Source: Kiritimatiellia bacterium (GTDB lineage: Bacteria > Verrucomicrobiota > Kiritimatiellia > RFP12 > UBA1067). Taken from it: 64,000 nucleotides of DNA. The notes below the pieces were generated by a model. That model worked only from the letters and a program-made list of their open reading frames with translations. It was not told the origin of the DNA and made no database searches. Every line of letters starts with the position of its first letter. The stretch's first letter is position 1. A program made the translations under genes and the position numbers. Location of the stretch: contig JBMNFY010000017.1 in the NCBI GenBank assembly GCA_050949565.1, positions 1,248,001 through 1,312,000 on the forward strand, written 5' to 3'. Positions 51,099 to 61,151 of the stretch are shown piece by piece.

Positions 51099-54000
51099 CT
51101 ACCGGACAAGGATCACCGTTCCCCTGCCGGAAGGCACCACATACACCGCGTTGCCATCGGCCACAAGCCGCATTTGGCGACCGGTGTCGTCGGCGATCAC
51201 GGTCCATGCCCCCGCAGTGAACCCGCTCAGTGACGCGCCATCCACAGCTTCGGCCAGCAGGGCCGGCTCGTCCGGCAGCGCGGCCGCACCCGTGATCGTT
51301 ACAGTCCCGCCGCCCATGAAAGTGAGTCCGCCCGCCGTGCGCAACGGTACAACACTGCCCGCACCAACGGCCACATGCCAGGTCGCGCTATCGTTGACCG
51401 TCAGCGGGCCGGCCAGTGACAGCTCGGCCGTCGGGTTTTCGGAAGACACCTGCCTGATGCCATTCACCGTCAGTGTGCCGTCCGACACCGCGCCGACGCC
51501 GCCGAACGTACCCAACTCGTATTCGCCGCCGCCCAACAGTAGCTCGGTGCCCTCTCGTAACGTCAGGGTCATGAGCGCAGCCGAGGCTCCTCCGGTACCG
51601 GTGCCGCTGCCATCGCCCGATGCCAGCCCCCACTTGGTCGCCAGATAGGTTCCGACCTGCAGCACCTCAATGTCCGTCAACACGTCATCATAGATCAGCA
51701 ATTCGGCGAGCTTCTGCCCACCGCTACGATTCACCCCGTCAGCGTGTCCGTCCGGCAGCACGCGCATATCTTTGGCCAAACCGTCGATCTTCAGTCCCGC
51801 CGTCGTGCGCATAGCAATCACTTGGTAGCCGCCGTTGAGCGGCGTCGAGGTACCGGTGCCGACAGACACGCCGTTGGTGAAGGTCTCGCCAAGCCTCACT
51901 GCGTCATCACTCCATTGGGCATTCCAAATCATACAATCGCACGTGACATTAGCCTCATCCATCGCCGGCGTGCCCGGCGCCGGTCCGCGAATCAGATTGT
52001 GCGCACTGCTGCCCATCAACAGGCCACCGCCCTGTTGCGACCCCAGTACCCAGAAGATCGTGCGCGCATTCTCCACCGGCGTGATTTGCAACCATTGGCC
52101 ACTGCGCCAAGCACCGAAATCGAGTACCGCACGACCGTTAAGCGCCGCCGGTTCCAGTGTCGGCGGCAACGCCGTGCGATAGCCCGATGCCTTGTTGTTG
52201 GGCACGAACGGATTGAGGAACGCATACGGGTAATTGGTCACGGCCGGATCGGTATCGCGCGCATCACGCCAGCCGATAACCGCGTTCGGCGAGCCAGGCT
52301 GAAACACCAGCGACGGCCCGCGGCTGGCGTCCGCCCAGAAAGCGAGGTTGCGCTCGACCTTGGTACAGCCGGCCAGTGACACGCGCCCCTCGATAACGTC
52401 CAGCCATCCCGCGAAATCCTGAAACTGAAACAGACTCAGTGCCGCCGCGCCGGTCTTGGCCAGCAGGCCGGTCCCGCTCAGGCTGCCGACATTCAGCTCG
52501 CGAACACCGACCTGAAGCGTTCCGGCCAGCGGCGGCTCGTCCTCCGCCGGCACCGTGAGCGCTCCCAGCGTCGCAGGGATATCGCGCGTGAAAGGACGCT
52601 GCCACTTGCTCATCAAATACGCCTCGACCTGGGCCATCTCGGCCTCGCTCAACGCATTGGTGTAGACAATCACCTCGCCCAGCCGCTGGCCGCCGCTGCG
52701 TTCCGTGAGCCAGCGGTCGCGTGCGAACTGTCCAGCCAAAACATTGCCTGTCGTGCGCAGCGCCACCACCTGATAGCCGCCGGAAAGACCGGCCTGCGTG
52801 TTGTCCACAGGAACGCCGTCGATGCGGGTCGGACAGCCTTTCACCGATCCATGCGCATACTGCCAGAAGAGCGGCGTGGCGGCGCTGGCGACCGGACCGC
52901 GCGCAAAGTGATTGTCGCCGGTGGCATCCTCGTTCTGCGTGCCGCCGAGCAGCACCCCGCCGCCCTGCTGCGAGCCGATCACCCAGAATACCGTGCGCAC
53001 GTTCTCGAGCGTGCGCGACCACTGCAAGCCCTTGTCGACCGTCGGTGTGTTGGTGGGGCCTAAATCCACCACCGCCAACGCACCGATCTCGTTGGGCAAC
53101 AGCACCGGCGCATGTGTCCAGCGCTGCGTCGCCACGATATAGGCGTCCGTTCCGTCCCAGCGCACATCGCGCCAGTAGACACGGCCCGCAGCATCCGTAC
53201 CGAAGCTGTCGGCGACGTTGGCGTCAACCCAGAACGCGGCGCCCGGCACCGGATTGGTGGTGGCCGCATGCGCCGTGAGCTGCGCCGCCAGCCCGTCCGC
53301 CGTGAACGCGCCCTCGGCCAGCGCCAGCGTGCCGCTGAACAGCTCCGGCGCTTCGACCGACATCGTGCCGGCCCCGAGTTTGGCCAAGGTGCCGCTGCCG
53401 GTGATCCGGCCGAACGGCACCGTCACATTGGCGTGGGGAATCTCCACGCCGCCCGTGCCGTTCACCACGAGGTCAGCCGCGCGCACGCGCATACCGCCGC
53501 TCCCGCCCAGCCACTTACGCATAAGGTAGACCTCGACCGTCTGTCGCTCCTCCTCGGTCAGGACGCGGTCGTAGATCAACACTTCGGCCAACCGCTGGCC
53601 GCCGCTACGTTTTGTCCCGTCAGCGTGCCCGCCGGTCAATGTCGTGCGCATGTCCTTGGCCAACCCGTTGACCGTCACTTCGCCAGTGGTGAGCGCCGTG
53701 ACCAATTGGTAGCCGCCGCTCAAGCCGGTGGTGGTAGGATTGACAGCAAGCCTGTCGACCCAGACTTGGCTTTCCCTGAACTCGGGCGAGACCCATGTGT
53801 CCGAGCCGAAGATCGGATGCGAGGCCAGCAAGGTCCCGTCGATCTGCCCGCCGCCGCGCGCCGCGGACTTGTCGGGCGACCCGATCAACATGCCGCCGCT
53901 GTTCTGCGAGCCGATCACCCAGAAGAAGGTGCGCGCATTCGCAACCGGGCCGAACTCCAGCCACTGACCACTGTGATAAACACCGAAATCCAAAGCCGGC

Positions 54001-56534
54001 AGCCCCTCCACAGCGCCCGGCAGCACGACCGGCGGCAAGGCGGTCTTATATCCGGGATCTTTCAGGTTCGGCGAGAACTCATTAAGCCAGGCATAAGGAT
54101 GGCCCGAACCGACCGAGCCGTCGCGCACGTCATTCCAGCGGATCACCTGATCGACCGTTCCCTCTTTGAACACCAGCGTCTGCGCGGCCGACGCATCGAG
54201 CCACAGCGCCGGATCGACGGCAGGATCCAGTTCCTCCAGCAGCACGCCGTTCTCCAACACGATCGAACCGGTGTGGTCGGTCACCAATCTGACCGAGAGC
54301 CGGCCGCCGCCGCGCACGATCAGGTCGCCGGCCCCGGCCAGCCGCTCCAACGTATGAGTCATGCCGCCGGCGATCTCGAGCACCACCGCGCCGCCGCTCA
54401 GGGTCAGGCCGTCCGGCGCATTCAGCGCGGCGCTTTCAATGATCAGCTCGCCGCTGCCCTGCTTGTCAAGGGTGCCGTCCACCGTTAAGCCGCCGGCCAA
54501 ACGCAGGCTCCCGCCGTCGACATAGAAACCGCCCCCCGCCAGGGACACCGCCTGCTGCAGAGTCAGAGCGGCACCCGGCGTGGTGCGAAGCAGGCCACCG
54601 TTGAGCGCAACCGCGTTGCCGGCCGATCCCAAAGCGCTTTCGCTGCCGACCAGCAAGGTGCCGCCATCCACCGCGACGCTGCCGGCGAACGTGTTGTTGC
54701 CGGTGAGCGCTGCTGTGCCGCCCTCCAGCTTGACCAGCGCACCGCTGCCCGCGATCACGCCCGCATGGGTCACACTCCCCAGCCCTGAAAAAGTCAAGGT
54801 GCCGCCATTCAGCGTGACGGCGTGAGTGACGGTATACGTGTTCAGCGGCGAATCAAAGACGGTATTGTCCGCGACAGCCTGCGTGTCGTAGATCAACGTT
54901 TCGCCGGCCCCGAGCGTAATGCCGCCGTCGAAGCTCGCCAGATTCGCGGCCACCACCCGCAGCGCGCTGCCCGCGTCGAGGAACGTCTGCAAGCCCGCCA
55001 GCGCGTCGCCTTCCAGCACGGCCTCCGTCCCCGGCGCCACCGCCCATGTGCCGGACGCCGGCAGACGTCGGAGCCAGACCGAATCGCGGAACAAGATGGT
55101 TTCACCTTCCGGCACCGTCACCGCGGCGTCGAACAATGCGGGCACGGCGCCGTCCGAACCGACCGCGACCGACGTGTTGACCGCCAGCGCGGCATCCGTC
55201 AGATTGTCTTCCGATGCGGTCATGCCGCCCGGTGCCACGAAAACGGGGAGCGGCGAGCAGCCGGTGAGAGTGACCGTGCCGCCGCCGGGACCGACGCAGA
55301 TCGCACCGTTGTTGGTTGAAAAGGCGCGCTCCGCCGCCGTCGTTTCATAGAGCGTCAGTGCGCTGCCGTCCAGCAGCAGCGTCGCGCCACCCAACGCCTG
55401 CTGGTTAGTTACGGTGAGCGTTGCGCCATCGGGAATCGCCACCACGCCCGCACCCGCACCATCGGCCATCTGCACATCGAATGCGCCGCCGCACCAGACG
55501 ATACGTGTGCCGTGCGTCAGGACACCGTGCAGCGCCAGCGCGTCGGCATAGAGCGCGCCACCGGTCGGCACGCGGTTGGTGACAATCCCGCCTGCGGTCA
55601 CGACCAGTTCGGTCACCCGGTTGCTGGTGCCGGCCAGATCGACCACACCGCGCCAGGCACCGTCCACCGTGAGTCCGCCTTTGCCGACGCCGTAGGGCAA
55701 CACGCCGTCGGCTGCAAGCTGCAAGTAGGCCAAATTGTACGGTGCGCCACTGATGTGGTATCCGGGGCCGTTGGTACCCACGACCGTACCGCCGACGTAG
55801 TCGTTGGTTGGATTGGACAACAGGAAGCATCCGTTGTTCTGGCTCAGGAAAAGCGTGCCGGGGCCGGTGATGGGGCTGGCGAAGGTCAGGGTCTTGTCAT
55901 CGGACCAGCCAATCGCAAAGGACCCGCCGTGTTCCAGCAGCGTGATACCCATTGTCGGCGGGAAAACCGGCGACGAGTCATAGTTCTTGATGGTGCCGCC
56001 ATTCAGGATCAGGGCGTCTGGCCGATAGACCGCAGGCTCGGTCATCAGCGAGGTGCCGGTCCTGATCTCCAGTCGATCCTGCTCCACCAACCACGACCCG
56101 TTAAAGGGGCTCTCGGTATTGGGAAAGTTTAGACGCCCTACGCCGATTTTGCGCAACACACCTGCGCCGGGACCGAGCAGGCCCTGAAGTTCCACGCTAC
56201 CTCGCTCAACATACACCGTGTTGGTCGAGCCAACATCGGCTGCAAGCGTAATCGGACACCCGGACTGAAGCACCCAGGTCACATTGCTACTGAAACTGAG
56301 CCCACCGAGCACCAGCCCCGGCACATCGTTGCTCACCGATAGCGAGACCCCGACGTCACCCTTGAAGACTGCACTTCCACCATTACCCGGCACAACCCCA
56401 TTCTCCCAGTTTGCGGGATTCGACCACTGCGGAGTAACACCCAGCCAAACACCATCCGTCTGGGCCCATGCCCCAAAGACACCCAGAACCACCGCAAAGG
56501 CAATTCGCTGAAAAAGTCGGCTTGTCAGTCTCAT
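51099..56534 (-). CDS. ~1811-aa secreted adhesin-like protein with passenger-associated beta-strand repeats and three concanavalin/LamG-like domains
   Basis: Signal peptide; LVKLEGGTAALTGNNTFAGSVAVDGGTL; three repeats W(L/V/A)DA..TxFWV(I/L)GSQ..SGGQ(R/K)L(A/G)E..YLxxKW; ends GRGTVILVR. Confidence 0.8.
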   Translation of the reverse strand: MRLTSRLFQRIAFAVVLGVFGAWAQTDGVWLGVTPQWSNPANWENGVVPGNGGSAVFKGDVGVSLSVSNDVPGLVLGGLSFSSNVTWVLQSGCPITLAADVGSTNTVYVERGSVELQGLLGPGAGVLRKIGVGRLNFPNTESPFNGSWLVEQDRLEIRTGTSLMTEPAVYRPDALILNGGTIKNYDSSPVFPPTMGITLLEHGGSFAIGWSDDKTLTFASPITGPGTLFLSQNNGCFLLSNPTNDYVGGTVVGTNGPGYHISGAPYNLAYLQLAADGVLPYGVGKGGLTVDGAWRGVVDLAGTSNRVTELVVTAGGIVTNRVPTGGALYADALALHGVLTHGTRIVWCGGAFDVQMADGAGAGVVAIPDGATLTVTNQQALGGATLLLDGSALTLYETTAAERAFSTNNGAICVGPGGGTVTLTGCSPLPVFVAPGGMTASEDNLTDAALAVNTSVAVGSDGAVPALFDAAVTVPEGETILFRDSVWLRRLPASGTWAVAPGTEAVLEGDALAGLQTFLDAGSALRVVAANLASFDGGITLGAGETLIYDTQAVADNTVFDSPLNTYTVTHAVTLNGGTLTFSGLGSVTHAGVIAGSGALVKLEGGTAALTGNNTFAGSVAVDGGTLLVGSESALGSAGNAVALNGGLLRTTPGAALTLQQAVSLAGGGFYVDGGSLRLAGGLTVDGTLDKQGSGELIIESAALNAPDGLTLSGGAVVLEIAGGMTHTLERLAGAGDLIVRGGGRLSVRLVTDHTGSIVLENGVLLEELDPAVDPALWLDASAAQTLVFKEGTVDQVIRWNDVRDGSVGSGHPYAWLNEFSPNLKDPGYKTALPPVVLPGAVEGLPALDFGVYHSGQWLEFGPVANARTFFWVIGSQNSGGMLIGSPDKSAARGGGQIDGTLLASHPIFGSDTWVSPEFRESQVWVDRLAVNPTTTGLSGGYQLVTALTTGEVTVNGLAKDMRTTLTGGHADGTKRSGGQRLAEVLIYDRVLTEEERQTVEVYLMRKWLGGSGGMRVRAADLVVNGTGGVEIPHANVTVPFGRITGSGTLAKLGAGTMSVEAPELFSGTLALAEGAFTADGLAAQLTAHAATTNPVPGAAFWVDANVADSFGTDAAGRVYWRDVRWDGTDAYIVATQRWTHAPVLLPNEIGALAVVDLGPTNTPTVDKGLQWSRTLENVRTVFWVIGSQQGGGVLLGGTQNEDATGDNHFARGPVASAATPLFWQYAHGSVKGCPTRIDGVPVDNTQAGLSGGYQVVALRTTGNVLAGQFARDRWLTERSGGQRLGEVIVYTNALSEAEMAQVEAYLMSKWQRPFTRDIPATLGALTVPAEDEPPLAGTLQVGVRELNVGSLSGTGLLAKTGAAALSLFQFQDFAGWLDVIEGRVSLAGCTKVERNLAFWADASRGPSLVFQPGSPNAVIGWRDARDTDPAVTNYPYAFLNPFVPNNKASGYRTALPPTLEPAALNGRAVLDFGAWRSGQWLQITPVENARTIFWVLGSQQGGGLLMGSSAHNLIRGPAPGTPAMDEANVTCDCMIWNAQWSDDAVRLGETFTNGVSVGTGTSTPLNGGYQVIAMRTTAGLKIDGLAKDMRVLPDGHADGVNRSGGQKLAELLIYDDVLTDIEVLQVGTYLATKWGLASGDGSGTGTGGASAALMTLTLREGTELLLGGGEYELGTFGGVGAVSDGTLTVNGIRQVSSENPTAELSLAGPLTVNDSATWHVAVGAGSVVPLRTAGGLTFMGGGTVTITGAAALPDEPALLAEAVDGASLSGFTAGAWTVIADDTGRQMRLVADGNAVYVVPSGRGTVILVR

Positions 56535-56630
56535 GTTAACCTCTCCCTTTTTCTCGTGTGCACACCCAACCACGCCGGACAACACTACCCAAAATTGACC
56601 GCCACCAAAAGACGCAAACGTAATTGCCCT

Positions 56631-58280
56631 GAGGCTCTTGCAAAACCCCCACACCGCAACGCCTGACGGCCTGCGGGCGGGACGTCTTGTCAGCGAACCA
56701 TCCCACCGCCCGGCGCGGCCGGGCATGACGCTCCGCCCCACGCCGCGTCGCCTTCTGCACGGCACCATACCGCGCCCAAAACGAACAGGGGTATTGTCGC
56801 ACATTCCGGGGTGTTTGTCTACCCCCCCGATTTTTGTTGTATCTTGTTGCCGCGCAATATGTTACAATGCCTCCATCATCCGTAAGGACGGAAAAACAAA
56901 CGCGGAAAGGAGACAAAAACGCATGAAGGAAACGCGACATCAACCCCCTCTGGGCCAGTTGTGGAACAGCATCCAGTCATGGCTCTTCCCGATGCTGGAG
57001 GACGAGATCGGGGAACTCGACGAGAAGCACCGCCAGTTCGTCGCGGTCTGCGAGCTGTGCGCCCCGCAGGATCACATGGGCGCCTACCGCTGGTGCGGCA
57101 ACGGCTGCCCGCCGTGCGACCGGCTGGCGATGTGCAAGGCGTTCATAGGCAAGACCGTCTGGAACTTCGACACCACGAGCGGCCTGATCGACGCCATCCG
57201 CCACCGTCCGGCCCTGCGCCGGCTGTGCGGCTGGGAGACGCTCGGCGAAGTGCCCTCGGCGTCGACCTTCTCGCGCGCCTTCGCCGAATTCGCCAAAAAC
57301 GGGTGCCCGCAGGAAATCCACGAGGCGATGGTCAAGGCCCGCTATGGCGACAAGCTCGCCGGGCACGTCAGCCGCGACGCCACCGCGATCCGCGCCCGCG
57401 AGAAGGCCGCGGCCAAGCCGGAGACGGCCCCCGCCCCCGAGCGCGGCAAACGCGGCCGGCGCAGGAAGGGCGAGCCCCCGGCGCCGCCGCCGGATCCGAC
57501 ACGGCTGCAACTGCAGCTCAACCGCGGCTTGAAGGAAAACCTGGCCGACCTGCCCGCGTCCTGCGACTGGGGCTGCAAGAAGAACAGCAAGGGCAAGACA
57601 GAATGCTGGCGCGGCTACAAGGCCCATCTGGACGTGATCGACGGCGATATCCCGGTCAGCTTCATACTCACTTCCGCCAGCCTGCACGACAGCCAGGCCG
57701 CCATCCCGCTGGCGCAGATGACCGCCGGACGGATCGTCAACCTCTATGATCTGGCCGACGCCGCCTACGACGCCAAGGAGATCCGCGAGATGTCGGCGCG
57801 GCTGGGGCACGTGGCGCTCATCGACCACAACCCGCGCCGGGGCGAGAAGATCGAGTTCTCCCCGGCGGAAGCCCGGCGCTACCACGAACGCACGGCCGTC
57901 GAGCGCGTCAACAGCCATCTGCACGAAGAGCACGGCGGACGGAACGTCCGGGTGCGCGGCCCGGCGAAGGTGGCGGCGCATCTGGCCTTCGGGCTGCTGG
58001 TCATCGCCGCCGAGCAGATGCTCAGAATGCTTCCCTGACCGGCCCCGCGGCAGACTGCCCTCCCTGAAAACCCGCCCGCGACCGGGCGGAGGCGCCGGGG
58101 TCTGCCCGGAAACATCCGAAAAACGGGAAAAACGCCCTGTCGCGTCCGTTTTTCAGCAACCGCTGCGCCTCTTCGTCAGAAAATCCTGCAAAATCCCTTG
58201 CGTGCAGGCGTGGCACGGGCATCCTGCCCGTGTTTCATGGGCGGGACGCCCATGTCACGAGGGGGTTTTGCAAGAGCCTC
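56631..58280 (+). mobile_element. Insertion sequence (IS5/IS1182-like), 1650 bp
   Basis: Perfect 20-bp TIRs GAGGCTCTTGCAAAACCCCC; GCCCT duplicated at 56626-56630 and 58281-58285. Confidence 0.93.
56923..58038 (+). CDS. DDE transposase
   Basis: LRRLCGW..PSASTFSRAF, SRDATAI, GYKAH, ASLHDS, ADAAYD, YHERTAVERVN. Confidence 0.92.
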   Translation: MKETRHQPPLGQLWNSIQSWLFPMLEDEIGELDEKHRQFVAVCELCAPQDHMGAYRWCGNGCPPCDRLAMCKAFIGKTVWNFDTTSGLIDAIRHRPALRRLCGWETLGEVPSASTFSRAFAEFAKNGCPQEIHEAMVKARYGDKLAGHVSRDATAIRAREKAAAKPETAPAPERGKRGRRRKGEPPAPPPDPTRLQLQLNRGLKENLADLPASCDWGCKKNSKGKTECWRGYKAHLDVIDGDIPVSFILTSASLHDSQAAIPLAQMTAGRIVNLYDLADAAYDAKEIREMSARLGHVALIDHNPRRGEKIEFSPAEARRYHERTAVERVNSHLHEEHGGRNVRVRGPAKVAAHLAFGLLVIAAEQMLRMLP

Positions 58281-58303
58281 GCCCTGTTATACGCAACCAC
58301 AAC

Positions 58304-61129
58304 TTACGGCTGACCGCCTCGCAGCGTCAGCACGAGGCTCGGGTCCAACGGATAGCGCCCGAAGCGCTCGCCGTACACCGCGAGTCCTGACGCCAGTGCT
58401 TCGTCCGCCTCAATCCGTACGGTCAGGTGTCCCTCTTTTGCCGCCTGCGCCAACAGCGCTTGCGGGATCGCCACGGAGACCAGATAGCCGTAGGAGCCAG
58501 CCTCCGAAAGTGTCCCGTCCTGCTTCTGCGCCTGCCACGAAAGAATCCCGCGGTGGTCGGCTGGATCATCCGGCAGATCGACAAACCCGACCACGCGACC
58601 GCCTGCGCTCACGCGGACCGCGCCCGCATAGCGATATGTGTCGGTCATCGGATACGAGTTGGGGTTGCGGCTCGGGTCGTGCGTGCCCAAACCGCGCATG
58701 TAGTCGCCATCCATGTTGGCGGCACCCGCTGTATCCTTGCCATTCAGACGCTTGGCCGAGAGTTCCGCCATAAACACCGCACTGCTCACACCTTCGGCGC
58801 GCAGACCCGCAGGCCATGGCAACCGGTACTCGAAAAAGCCTTTGCCCGCGCCGTTGACCTTAAGTCCGTCAAACACATCCCACTGCTTCATCGACCATGC
58901 TGACGCTGTGAACGCCTTGGGCGCGACGCGCACCACCTGCACCGTCGCGCCATCGCGCATGAGGCGCGCCTGACGTGGTTGCTCGCCGTCGCGCACCGCG
59001 AAGGTGGTGAAGTTGCGCACCAAGACATTGCCGGTCACATCTTCCAGCCAGACGGCCACGACGCACACCGACGGCTCCGCAGGCAGGGTGACTTCCAGCG
59101 GATCCAGCGGACCGCACTGCCACGCCTTCACCGTCATGTCGCGCGCAGACCCGATCGGCACCACACGCTCGACACCGAACGCGTCCCAACTCCGCAACGA
59201 AGCGCGCAAGACCAAGCGCTGTCCGGCAGCAAAGCGGTCGGTCAAGGCCGAGAGATACAGCGGCACCGACACCTTGGCGCCGGGGCGCTCCTCGCGGCAC
59301 AACTCTTTGCCGACGGCCACATAGAGATCGCCATGCCAGTCGCGCAACGTCATGCCCGGGACGAGTTCCTCGATGCCCGTGAGTTTTTCGGAACGGTCGA
59401 ACTTCCAATAGCCGTTCCACTCATTGATCACGTCGTGGTGTTCGGTGTAGAGCCAACCGCAACACTGCGGGTGCCGACGGAAGGCATCCATCATCAGGTG
59501 GTAGTCCCAACTCCAATCCACATCGCCAGTGCTGTCTTTGTAGCCCCACACATTGCCGCACTCACTGTTCAGCAACGGCTCGCGCCCCTGCTTGCGACCG
59601 CCGATATAGTTCCATGTCGAGCCGGGGAAGGTGTTTTTGCAGACATCCTGCAACTCCTGTTCCCACTTGTATCCCGGACGGTAGGCGTGCCAACTGTTGA
59701 TGTCGGTCACCACGTGATCATGATTGCAGGGCGAGTTGTCCTCCACCAAGCGGGACGGGTCCAGCGCTTTCGCGAGCTTGACCATCGAAGCGACCCACTC
59801 TTGCGTTTCAGGCAGGTAGACCGGCTTGCCCTCCTTGTTTTTGGTGCGGAGTCCCCAAGTCTCATTGAAGACCACCCAACTGAAGACACAGGGATGGTTC
59901 ATATCGCGCTCGATCATACCGCGCAGCGCGACTTCGGTCTCGGCGCGCATGGGCGCATCGGGCTCGCCCCAACTGTTCGGCACGTCAGCCATGATCAGCA
60001 TACCTAGACGGTCAGCCCAGTAGAGCTTACGCGGCACCTCGACCTTGATGTGGATCCGCTGCCCGTTCAGCCCGATCGACCGGCTGCGCAGAATCTCGTC
60101 GCGCATGAAGGCGTCGGTCGGGAAAGTGTAATACCCGTCCGGGTGGTAACTCTGATCCAGCGCGAGCTTGAGATAAAGCGGCTTGTTGTTGAGCGCAATG
60201 TAAGGATGCCCTAGCCCCGGCAGATCCACCACGCTGATTTTGCGCATGCCGAAGTAGGTGGCGACCGTGTCGGTCTGGCCGCCGCACGCAAGCGTGGCGG
60301 TCACCTCATACAGGTAAGGGTCTTCCAGCGACCACAGCCGCGCGTCGGCGAGCGGCACATCCAGCTCGAACGCCTGCTGCCCTTGCGGGATCTCAGCTAC
60401 AGCAGGCGCGGCGCGATCGCCGGCCTTGAAGGCGAGCGTGAAACGCGCCGCCGTCGGTGCCGGTGCGCTGAGACGGCCCTTGACCCGGACACGACCAGCG
60501 TCGATGTCCGGCACGAAGTGCACGCGCTCCAGCGCCGTGGCCGGACGCGCCTCAAGATAGGCGGTCTGCCACACGCCGCGCACGTTGCCGTAACCCTGCT
60601 TGCCCGTGAGCCTGAAGCCGTGCGGCGTGTCGTCGACGCGCAACACGAGCGTCTGCTCCGCGCCCCACTTCACATGGTCGGTCAAGTCAAAGGCGAAGGG
60701 CGTATAACCCCCCTGATACACGCCGACCTGCTGGCCGTCGAGCCAGCCGGTCGTGTGCCAGTCGCTCGCGCCGACGACGAGAAAGACACGCTGGCCGCGC
60801 CATGCTTCGGGCACCTTCAGCGTACGCCGGTACCAGCCGATATCGGCCTCGTTCTTGACGCCCGACAGCGCCGATCCCCAGCCGAACGGCACGGTAATCG
60901 TGAGCGGAAACGCCGTCTTGCCTTCGGCCCATCCCTCGCCGATGCCGACGTTCGCCTTGTCAAAACGGAACCCCCACGCTCCGTTAAGGTTTTGCCATGC
61001 GGAGCGCTGGAAATCCGGGCGCGGATGTTCCGGCAGCGGAATCTCCGCCGCCGCGCACACACTCCCCGCCCCCATCATGCCAGCCACCACGCATGCCGCC
61101 AGCCCCACCCGTACCGAGGTCTTTCCCAT
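58304..61129 (-). CDS. Glycoside hydrolase family 2 protein
   Basis: EHPRPDFQR..WQNLNGAW, GGYTPF, YFGMRKI, LDQSYHPDG, RIHIKVE, NHPC..W..FNETWG, SECG. Confidence 0.9.
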   Translation of the reverse strand: MGKTSVRVGLAACVVAGMMGAGSVCAAAEIPLPEHPRPDFQRSAWQNLNGAWGFRFDKANVGIGEGWAEGKTAFPLTITVPFGWGSALSGVKNEADIGWYRRTLKVPEAWRGQRVFLVVGASDWHTTGWLDGQQVGVYQGGYTPFAFDLTDHVKWGAEQTLVLRVDDTPHGFRLTGKQGYGNVRGVWQTAYLEARPATALERVHFVPDIDAGRVRVKGRLSAPAPTAARFTLAFKAGDRAAPAVAEIPQGQQAFELDVPLADARLWSLEDPYLYEVTATLACGGQTDTVATYFGMRKISVVDLPGLGHPYIALNNKPLYLKLALDQSYHPDGYYTFPTDAFMRDEILRSRSIGLNGQRIHIKVEVPRKLYWADRLGMLIMADVPNSWGEPDAPMRAETEVALRGMIERDMNHPCVFSWVVFNETWGLRTKNKEGKPVYLPETQEWVASMVKLAKALDPSRLVEDNSPCNHDHVVTDINSWHAYRPGYKWEQELQDVCKNTFPGSTWNYIGGRKQGREPLLNSECGNVWGYKDSTGDVDWSWDYHLMMDAFRRHPQCCGWLYTEHHDVINEWNGYWKFDRSEKLTGIEELVPGMTLRDWHGDLYVAVGKELCREERPGAKVSVPLYLSALTDRFAAGQRLVLRASLRSWDAFGVERVVPIGSARDMTVKAWQCGPLDPLEVTLPAEPSVCVVAVWLEDVTGNVLVRNFTTFAVRDGEQPRQARLMRDGATVQVVRVAPKAFTASAWSMKQWDVFDGLKVNGAGKGFFEYRLPWPAGLRAEGVSSAVFMAELSAKRLNGKDTAGAANMDGDYMRGLGTHDPSRNPNSYPMTDTYRYAGAVRVSAGGRVVGFVDLPDDPADHRGILSWQAQKQDGTLSEAGSYGYLVSVAIPQALLAQAAKEGHLTVRIEADEALASGLAVYGERFGRYPLDPSLVLTLRGGQP

Positions 61130-61151
61130 GTCGTCTTCCTTTCAGCGAAAC

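Noticed and set aside
56638-56922. N-terminal extension of the transposase ORF, and the opposite-strand extension of the 1901-aa ORF into the IS
   Set aside because: Both read through non-coding IS end sequence; RBS-supported starts are at 56923 and 56534
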